A program made the translations under genes and the position numbers. DNA of 64,000 nucleotides. Source: Candidatus Poribacteria bacterium. GTDB taxonomy: Bacteria > Poribacteria > WGA-4E > WGA-3G. Below the pieces are notes generated by a model. It did no database searches and had not been told where the DNA came from. It saw only the letters and a list, made by a program, of their open reading frames with translations. Of the stretch, positions 57,418 to 64,000 are shown piece by piece; within the stretch, counting starts at the first letter, position 1, and each line of letters opens with the position of its first letter. The DNA lies in assembly GCA_007571305.1 (NCBI GenBank), contig RKRR01000107.1, positions 5,638 to 69,637 on the forward strand. The letters are read 5' to 3'.

Positions 57418-58194
57418 GTGCGCAAATATGAAAAATTTATAGGCGGACTCGTCGCAATATGCATCCTATTCACCCTTACGACCCCTTTATATGCTGGGTT
57501 AGACGACAAATCCCTCGTCTTATACCTTTCCTTTGATGAAGGGAAGGGCGCGAAGGCCGCTGATGGCTCTGTCCATGGTCATGATGGCGAATTTGTCCAA
57601 AATCCCACATGGGTAGATGGACAGTTCGGCAAAGCATTGGAGTTTGATGGAACCAAGGGAGAACACGTCATCGTGCCTATCAACGATACCTTACAGCTCA
57701 GAGAACAATTCTCTGTTGCTTTTTGGGTGAAACGCGGGAAAGCCCAAATTCGGGACTGGAATTACATGGTGGCAGCCGGCTCCTTGAAATGGGCAACGAT
57801 TTTTCAGAATGGTAGCAGCAAAACTTTTTTCTGGTCAACTTCTGGCGGTGCCTGGGCCCAGAAAGCCGTCAGCACCGATATCCAACCCGAAGACTGGGTG
57901 CACATGACAGTCACACATGATACCAAATCAAAAGTGGTCATCTATAATGATGGGAAAGAAGCGGGTGGTGGACCTAAACCGCCTCCGGTTGATGAAATTG
58001 ACGGTTCTATTATGGTTGGAGCCCGCCATCCCGGTCAAGAGTTTTTTACCGGTGTGATTGACGAGGTGTATCTCTTTAATCGAATCATTACACAAGCAGA
58101 AATCGATGAGATTATAAATGGCGATTTCCTGCCAGTGGAACCCGCAGAGAAACTCGCAACGACATGGAGCAGCATTAAAACTGATCGCGATTAG
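57418..58194 (+). CDS. Secreted LamG-like jelly-roll protein with conserved C-terminal tail
   Basis: Signal peptide; LYLSFDEGKG, WVDGQFGKALEFDG, FTGVIDEVYLFNR; tail VEPAEKLATTWSSIK; AAGGAGG RBS. Confidence 0.85.
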   Translation: MRKYEKFIGGLVAICILFTLTTPLYAGLDDKSLVLYLSFDEGKGAKAADGSVHGHDGEFVQNPTWVDGQFGKALEFDGTKGEHVIVPINDTLQLREQFSVAFWVKRGKAQIRDWNYMVAAGSLKWATIFQNGSSKTFFWSTSGGAWAQKAVSTDIQPEDWVHMTVTHDTKSKVVIYNDGKEAGGGPKPPPVDEIDGSIMVGARHPGQEFFTGVIDEVYLFNRIITQAEIDEIINGDFLPVEPAEKLATTWSSIKTDRD

Positions 58195-58249
58195 AAATAC
58201 GCTTGATAAGGGCGGAGCAAACGCCGCCCTTGCACCAATGGGAAAGCGT

Positions 58250-59398
58250 ATGTTAAAATATCTCGCCATATTCATCCTTTGTAGTGTCTCTGCAAAAACC
58301 GCTTTATCCGATCCTTCACGAGCTGAAGAGCATTATAAGAGTGCCACTGCCTACCACCATCTCGGAGAATTCGAGCGAGCCATCTCCGAATACAGACAAG
58401 CCATCGCGCTTAACCCAAATTCCCCCGTTATCTACAACAGACTCGGTGTCGCATATTCCGAACTGAAGCAATACGATGCCGCACTCGATGCTTATCAGAC
58501 GGCACTTGCGTTGTCTCCCATGACGACTGAGCTACACTATAATGTAGGACTGGTTCACCTTAAGCAAGGCGATCTCCCGCGTGCCCTTGGGGTATTCAAA
58601 TATGCGATTACTCTCGACGCGGCGTGGGAAGCCCCCTATACAGCACTCGGTGAGGTCTACCTGAAGCAAGACAACCTTGGACAAGCCGCTCACGCCTATA
58701 AACAAGCCACACGTCTCAATCCAAATGGAAATTCGAGTGCCTTTTTGGGATTAGGTAAGGTCTATGCAAGGCAGGAACGTTGGGATGACGCAATCACCGC
58801 TGTTGAAAAGGCAATTGAAATCCAAGTAGATAACACTGAAGCACATTATCAACTTGCCCAAATTTATATCAAACGCGGCGAAAAGAAAAAAGCCGCCTCA
58901 GCGATGGCATTCTTCAAAGTCCTCCGTCAAACAGACCCACTTCTTCAAGAAGCCGAAATATGGGTGAAAAGACACCCCGATGACGCAAGAGGATATAACA
59001 ATCTTGGTATTGTTTATCTCGCACGTCGTCGTTCTGAGGACGCAATTGCCAGTTACAAACGCGCCATTTCTCTCGCCCCTAATTTAGCCACAGCACACTA
59101 CAATTTGGGACATGCCTATCATAAGCAAGGAAAAATGAATCTCGCTACCGCGGCTTACCAACAAGCACTCACCATCGACACCACACTTGCAATTGCGCAT
59201 AATAATGTCGCTGTCTGCTATATAGAATCGGGGATAGATTTGGATCAAGCACTCTCCCATGCTCGAACCGCTGTTCGCCTTGCTCCGACTGAGGCGAATT
59301 ATTGGGATACGCTTTCGCAAGTTTGTACCACGCTTGGGTTGGAACATGAGGCACAACACGCACGTGAAAAAGAAAAAAAATACACGAACGAACAATGA
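58250..59398 (+). CDS. Secreted tetratricopeptide-repeat protein
   Basis: Signal peptide MLKYLAIFILCSVSAKTALS; about 9-10 TPRs (e.g. AISEYRQAIALNPNSPVIYNRLGVAY). Start 58250 or 58238. Confidence 0.9.
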   Translation: MLKYLAIFILCSVSAKTALSDPSRAEEHYKSATAYHHLGEFERAISEYRQAIALNPNSPVIYNRLGVAYSELKQYDAALDAYQTALALSPMTTELHYNVGLVHLKQGDLPRALGVFKYAITLDAAWEAPYTALGEVYLKQDNLGQAAHAYKQATRLNPNGNSSAFLGLGKVYARQERWDDAITAVEKAIEIQVDNTEAHYQLAQIYIKRGEKKKAASAMAFFKVLRQTDPLLQEAEIWVKRHPDDARGYNNLGIVYLARRRSEDAIASYKRAISLAPNLATAHYNLGHAYHKQGKMNLATAAYQQALTIDTTLAIAHNNVAVCYIESGIDLDQALSHARTAVRLAPTEANYWDTLSQVCTTLGLEHEAQHAREKEKKYTNEQ

Positions 59399-61086
59399 GA
59401 CACTTCTGCTATATTATCTTCTTTTTTCTCTTGAGCGTACCTACTTCCGCAGAAGTCCAATTCGTTGACACGACTGCCATTGCAGGAATCACATTTCGGC
59501 ATGTTGATGGCAGAACTGGGGAAAAATATCTCATCGAAACACTCGGTTCCGGCGCAGTTTTTTTGGATTTCGATGCGGACGGGGTACTGGATATTTATGT
59601 AGTGAACGCTACATACATCCCGCCACCAACGACCGAGAAAACCTCGCAAGTACATCCCCCACTTCCAGAAAATAAACTCTATCGAAACAACGGGAACGGC
59701 ACTTTTACTGATATTACAGACAATGCGGGGGTTGGAGATACCGGCTATGGTGTCGGATGTGCAGCCGCCGATGTCAATAATGACGGTTATCCCGAAATTT
59801 ATGTAACCAACTACGGACGCAACCGCCTTTATTACAACAACGGTGATGGTACTTTTACAGATGTGACGCAAATAGCCGGAGTTGGTGATGAACGCTGGGG
59901 AACAAGTTGTGCCTTTCTGGATTACGACTTAGATGGGGATGTTGATCTATACGTCGTCAATTACATGAAATTCTCTATTGCAGAGAACGAATGGTGGGAA
60001 ACTCAGGGTATTAGAACATATTGCAGCCCTACAGATCAGATTGCCGGCAGCCACTTCGTAAGCGAGCCTGATATCCTTTATCGCAACAATGGAGACGGGA
60101 CCTTCACAGATGTCACCGACACTGCGGGAATCTCACATCGTGCCCTCGGTCTCGCAGTCGCAGTCGGAGATTACGATAACAACGACTATCCAGACCTGCA
60201 CATCGCCAACGATATGGAAGCAGACCTCTTTTACCACAACAACGGTGATGGCACCTTTACCGAAACTGCCGATTTCACCGGAACAGGATACGATGAAAAC
60301 GGCTTCCCTGGCAGTGGTATGGGAAATGCATTCGGTGATTATAACAACGATGGTTATCTTGACCTCGTTGTCAGCAACGCCTCTGGACTGCCTGCGGTCC
60401 TCTATCGAAACGAAAACGCTGCGTTTTTTACCGATGTTTCTTTTCTCTCAGGAATTGGAACAGGGACACTCCCCTACTTTAAATGGGCGGTCGAATTTTT
60501 AGACTATGACAACGACGGCCTCCTTGACATCTTCGTCGCGAACGGACATCTGCAAGAGAACATCTCACTCTTTTCAGAGAGCACTTATCCGCAGACAGAT
60601 TTGATTTTCCGCAACAGGCGTAGGCAGGACGGCACATATCATTTCATTGACGCGTCTACCGAGGTAGCCTTGGCAAAACTCCCCAAAAAAGTCAGCCGCG
60701 CCGCAGCGTTTGGTGATTATGACAATGATGGAGACATCGATATTTTTCTCAACAATTCCAATCAACATGCAACGCTCCTCCGAAATGAGGGCGGTAATAG
60801 CAACCACTGGTTGACAATCCAGCCCATCGGGACCCAAAGCAACACGTCCGGTATTGGCACAAAAATAGTTGTGAAAGTGCGGAATTTGTCTCTTACCAAA
60901 GAAGTCAGGAGCGGCGCGAGTTACCTTTCACAAAGCGACCTCCGTGTCCACTTTGGATTGGGAAAGAATTCAGTGGTGGAAGCCCTTGAAATTCACTGGC
61001 AGAGCGGACTTACAGAGCAGTTCTCCAATGTGAAGTCGAATCAATTTCTTCGTATTAAAGAGGGACAGGGGATAATCAACAAGTGA
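59395..61086 (+). CDS. CRTAC1-like FG-GAP repeat protein with ASPIC/UnbV domain
   Basis: Repeated DxDxDGxxDI/L and LYxNNGDGTFTD motifs; C-terminal SGASYLSQSDLRVHFGLG; overlaps the TPR gene stop (ATGA). Confidence 0.92.
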   Translation: MRHFCYIIFFFLLSVPTSAEVQFVDTTAIAGITFRHVDGRTGEKYLIETLGSGAVFLDFDADGVLDIYVVNATYIPPPTTEKTSQVHPPLPENKLYRNNGNGTFTDITDNAGVGDTGYGVGCAAADVNNDGYPEIYVTNYGRNRLYYNNGDGTFTDVTQIAGVGDERWGTSCAFLDYDLDGDVDLYVVNYMKFSIAENEWWETQGIRTYCSPTDQIAGSHFVSEPDILYRNNGDGTFTDVTDTAGISHRALGLAVAVGDYDNNDYPDLHIANDMEADLFYHNNGDGTFTETADFTGTGYDENGFPGSGMGNAFGDYNNDGYLDLVVSNASGLPAVLYRNENAAFFTDVSFLSGIGTGTLPYFKWAVEFLDYDNDGLLDIFVANGHLQENISLFSESTYPQTDLIFRNRRRQDGTYHFIDASTEVALAKLPKKVSRAAAFGDYDNDGDIDIFLNNSNQHATLLRNEGGNSNHWLTIQPIGTQSNTSGIGTKIVVKVRNLSLTKEVRSGASYLSQSDLRVHFGLGKNSVVEALEIHWQSGLTEQFSNVKSNQFLRIKEGQGIINK

Positions 61087-61107
61087 GAAATGAGACAGGA
61101 ACAGGGG

Positions 61108-62055
61108 TTATAGGTTAACAAGCCAATTAACGAATGAGGCGACTTGATCGGGGTTTGTCAAGTTTGCCGCATTCTTGAGGGCTCCCTCCTCAAGTTGATT
61201 CCAGATTTCTTGTGCCATGTTATTGGCAATAACAGCTCCAATAAAAAAGAGATCAGGTGATAGGTTCTGATTGGCAAAAGCAGTCTTGATGCGTGTTAAG
61301 GCAGTTTGTGCTGTCTTCCAATGTTCATCTGCTCCCGCTGGATCTATCCCACCCTTCAATTCACCGAAAGCAATAAATCTCCCAGGAATTTTGTAGATCC
61401 CGGACTTTATCTCCTCTGGTGGACAGTCAAGCAAGCACATATCTATATTCTTTCTTATAAGTGGAATTGTGCGATTGTAAATCAGGGTTCGTGTTTCGTC
61501 GAGCTTTTTCCAACTCAGTGCTTTGAGATTCAATTCTATGTCCGTATTATCACTACTCCCTGTAATCCATGTGTCGCTTACAGCGTTAAGCCATTGATAA
61601 GTTGTTCCAGTTAACGTCAGGGCAGAAATGATGGCTCGGGTAACTTTTCTTTCTGCCAGTTTGCCTGCGATGTTCCGCATCGAACCACCTAACGAGTCCC
61701 CACGTGTCAACAGAAATCGATAAACCAATTCCTCAACAAAATTCGTGCCTGCTGGCTCTAAAAATTTCTCTATAAAGCCTTGAATAGCGGCTGTTTTATC
61801 AGTTTCTTCCGTGTGATGAGTCGCTTTCTCTGAAAATCCTGATGCAGTTAGTAATGCTGTTTGTATCCCTTCGATTTTCAGTAAGTCGTTAGGGCGTTCA
61901 GCAGACATTGCTGAAACTTTCAACGCACGCGCTTGCTCTACAACAGGGGTTGCTTGGCGACTCTTTTCTAGAGCTAATGCCACAAAACCAGCGCGAATTT
62001 CCTCAGGAGCCGTTACGAGATCCGCTTTCGTAGATAAGTGTCGAAGATATGACAT
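61108..62055 (-). CDS. Type II restriction endonuclease, AvaI/BsoBI family
   Basis: RAGFVALALEK, YRFLLTRGDSLGGSMRN, IDMCL, FGELKGGIDPAGADEHWKTA; ATG overlaps the methylase stop. Confidence 0.85.
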   Translation of the reverse strand: MSYLRHLSTKADLVTAPEEIRAGFVALALEKSRQATPVVEQARALKVSAMSAERPNDLLKIEGIQTALLTASGFSEKATHHTEETDKTAAIQGFIEKFLEPAGTNFVEELVYRFLLTRGDSLGGSMRNIAGKLAERKVTRAIISALTLTGTTYQWLNAVSDTWITGSSDNTDIELNLKALSWKKLDETRTLIYNRTIPLIRKNIDMCLLDCPPEEIKSGIYKIPGRFIAFGELKGGIDPAGADEHWKTAQTALTRIKTAFANQNLSPDLFFIGAVIANNMAQEIWNQLEEGALKNAANLTNPDQVASFVNWLVNL

Positions 62056-63485
62056 CACCTTTTTCTCCAGACATATACACACTTCCGAAGTGGCACGCGC
62101 CCATACGTCCCCATTTGCTGGCTACTATTTCCCTTTTTCCCAGGCACAACCAAGATCTTCTCAACCTCAAAGCCGACGGATCGTGCAATATCGGACAAAA
62201 TCATGTCTACAGAGATGCTTACGCCGGCATATCGGACATTGTCATTTACCATAAAGAGGCGGGCGTTTGGTTTTAAGACACGAGCGCATTCACCGATGAT
62301 ACACGCCATTTCAGAAAAATATCCACGAACCATTCGTGGAATGCCGTTGTTATTTAATGTACCCGCTGTTTTTTCGTGCTGGAGATAACTATTTATTGCC
62401 TGTAGCAACTTCTGTTGGTTAACTACTTCGATAAAAGATACCCACTGCGGGCAGATTTTCAGTAAATCCTTTTCGCGGTTTTCCACGGTGCAACTCAACA
62501 TCTCTTGCCTCAAATGAGAGACCTCCGCTTGCGTCAACTCTAACATAGCGAGTTCAAGGGCATAAGTCCGAGTGTAATCGTAACGGTTGCAATAAGGAGG
62601 TGAAGTTATAACCGCGGCGTAAGCAGCCGTTTCAAGGGTCGGAAGAACTTCAAGACATGAGCCTTCAAACAACCGAATATCCTTCACAGACCGTTTGGCA
62701 GGGAAAAGCGTTACCGGCATCTGAACATCGCGGATATCCCATAAAACTTCTTTGAGCTTGGCGGTTATAGCAGTATCAAAAGCAAAAATTTCACCTTTAT
62801 TAAAAACTTTTGTCCCCGGTCGTCGCTTACCGGAACGAGCGTCCCAGCGTAGGTACTGCCCATCTTTTTGAGTGTAACTAACGCTCTCTAAAACACATAG
62901 AAGTGCCAATCTTAAGATTGCTTGAATTTTCTCATTTTCCTGTTGAAGGGCCCCTCTGTACCGCTCAATCGCTTCTATCGTTTCTGGTGGATAAGCGTTC
63001 TCCGTAATCCGGATGGTGCTAAACGGAACCCTTTTTGGAGATTCCTTCCAAGGTAAGGAGGCTATCCAGTGTTCAAGTGTAACGATGTCATGAGATGTCA
63101 GTTCTCTTTCTGACAAGAGACGCGTACGGATAATCTCCTGACCTATAGGCAATAACTCTACACCATCAGCAGAAATTCCTTGGGAACTTGCGGCAAACAA
63201 GGTTGTACCTATTCCTGCAAATGGATCAAGCACCTTTCCTGATATTTTCCCCCCATAACTACAAAGAAAATACTCAACAAGCCCTGCTGAAAAGGCCTCT
63301 TTGTATTTGTACCAACTATAGGCAGGTTCACCTTTGTTTCCCTGAAAACTGACAACTTTCCGAGATAAAAATGGGGCTACCGAGAATTGGGTTTTAAAGT
63401 CTTTGGCGAGTTCAGTGTCCAGTGCAACGATTTGGTCGAGTAGTTCGGTAGTTTCTGGCTGAATTTCGTTTTTTTGAGATGTCAT
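62055..63485 (-). CDS. Amino-DNA methyltransferase (probably m4C), partner of the endonuclease
   Basis: WYKYKEAFS, motif I VLDPFAGIGTT, motif IV ITSPPY, YDYTRTYALEL, NSSQQMG. Confidence 0.88.
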   Translation of the reverse strand: MTSQKNEIQPETTELLDQIVALDTELAKDFKTQFSVAPFLSRKVVSFQGNKGEPAYSWYKYKEAFSAGLVEYFLCSYGGKISGKVLDPFAGIGTTLFAASSQGISADGVELLPIGQEIIRTRLLSERELTSHDIVTLEHWIASLPWKESPKRVPFSTIRITENAYPPETIEAIERYRGALQQENEKIQAILRLALLCVLESVSYTQKDGQYLRWDARSGKRRPGTKVFNKGEIFAFDTAITAKLKEVLWDIRDVQMPVTLFPAKRSVKDIRLFEGSCLEVLPTLETAAYAAVITSPPYCNRYDYTRTYALELAMLELTQAEVSHLRQEMLSCTVENREKDLLKICPQWVSFIEVVNQQKLLQAINSYLQHEKTAGTLNNNGIPRMVRGYFSEMACIIGECARVLKPNARLFMVNDNVRYAGVSISVDMILSDIARSVGFEVEKILVVPGKKGNSSQQMGTYGRVPLRKCVYVWRKR

Positions 63486-63493
63486 CAGGACCT

Positions 63494-64000
63494 TTACGTA
63501 TCATCACCAGGGATCTCTGGCCAATTGTGATCCGGCGAATATCCTAAATCCTCTGCTGCCTGTCTCCACGCGAAACGGGAATCTGCACGACCCGCGACAG
63601 CGTTATAAGCACCATACTGCACCGTTTTAGTTTCAATTGCGCGTGCAACACACTGCGCAACATCTCTTGGATCTACGTAAACGAACCAAGGATCCTTCAC
63701 AACTTCAGGGGCTGTCGGTCCCGGATTCTGTCCGTCTCCATCTATGACACCCGGACGGACATGGATAACATCCAACCCATGTGCTTGATGATACGCGGCA
63801 CAGATCTGCTCGCCGAGATACTTCGCCAACGCATAGTACAGATCCCCAGGACCGAACTGGAAGTCATCGTCTACCTCGTAAGGTAACTTTGCGTTTGGGG
63901 CAGGAGGGCACGCCGAAATACTTGAGATATTAACCAATTTTTTCACACTTTGCTTTACACAGGCTTCTGCGACGTTCCATGTCCCTTTCACCATAACATC
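63494..64000 (-). CDS. NAD-dependent epimerase/dehydratase (extended SDR), 5'-truncated by the window edge
   Basis: GTWNVAEAC, VNISSIS, YALAK (YxxxK), VDPRDVA. Confidence 0.85.
   Translation of the reverse strand, partial: DVMVKGTWNVAEACVKQSVKKLVNISSISACPPAPNAKLPYEVDDDFQFGPGDLYYALAKYLGEQICAAYHQAHGLDVIHVRPGVIDGDGQNPGPTAPEVVKDPWFVYVDPRDVAQCVARAIETKTVQYGAYNAVAGRADSRFAWRQAAEDLGYSPDHNWPEIPGDDT

Noticed and set aside
62055-63485. Larger defence island around the restriction-modification pair
   Set aside because: Flanking genes are an epimerase and an ASPIC/UnbV protein; no other defence, integrase or toxin-antitoxin genes are visible within the window.

Overview
A roughly 47-48% GC bacterial chromosomal window, most likely from Candidatus Poribacteria. 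That assignment is an inference from the LamG proteins with a V(E/S)PxxKLxxxWxxLK tail, ECF sigma factors with long C-terminal extensions, and TPR plus ASPIC/UnbV genes. Housekeeping content: the F0 part of the ATP synthase operon (atpZ-like, atpI, atpB, atpE, atpF), tyrS, class II ribonucleotide reductase, RNase P RNA, and a near-complete dcw cluster (rsmH-ftsL-ftsI-murE-hydrolase-murF-ddl-mraY-murD-ftsW-murG-murC-ftsQ-ftsA-ftsZ). An AvaI/BsoBI-like restriction-modification pair sits at the right end. The most striking region is 7.2-19.6 kb, which holds four ECF sigma genes on the minus strand. One is fused to the GTP-binding half of an FtsZ paralog that lacks the T7 loop, one to a full-length divergent DnaN sliding clamp, and one to a TPR-like domain. 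Each fusion has an in-frame Shine-Dalgarno plus ATG exactly at the domain junction. The fourth is a classical sigma/zinc anti-sigma/DUF4252/DUF5694 operon with a tandem duplication in which one copy looks catalytically dead. Intergenic spaces contain three MITE families with distinct terminal repeats and target duplications, all carrying the same GTAG-hairpin REP-like core, plus an IS982 remnant. All annotation is by eye from motifs; no database searches were run.
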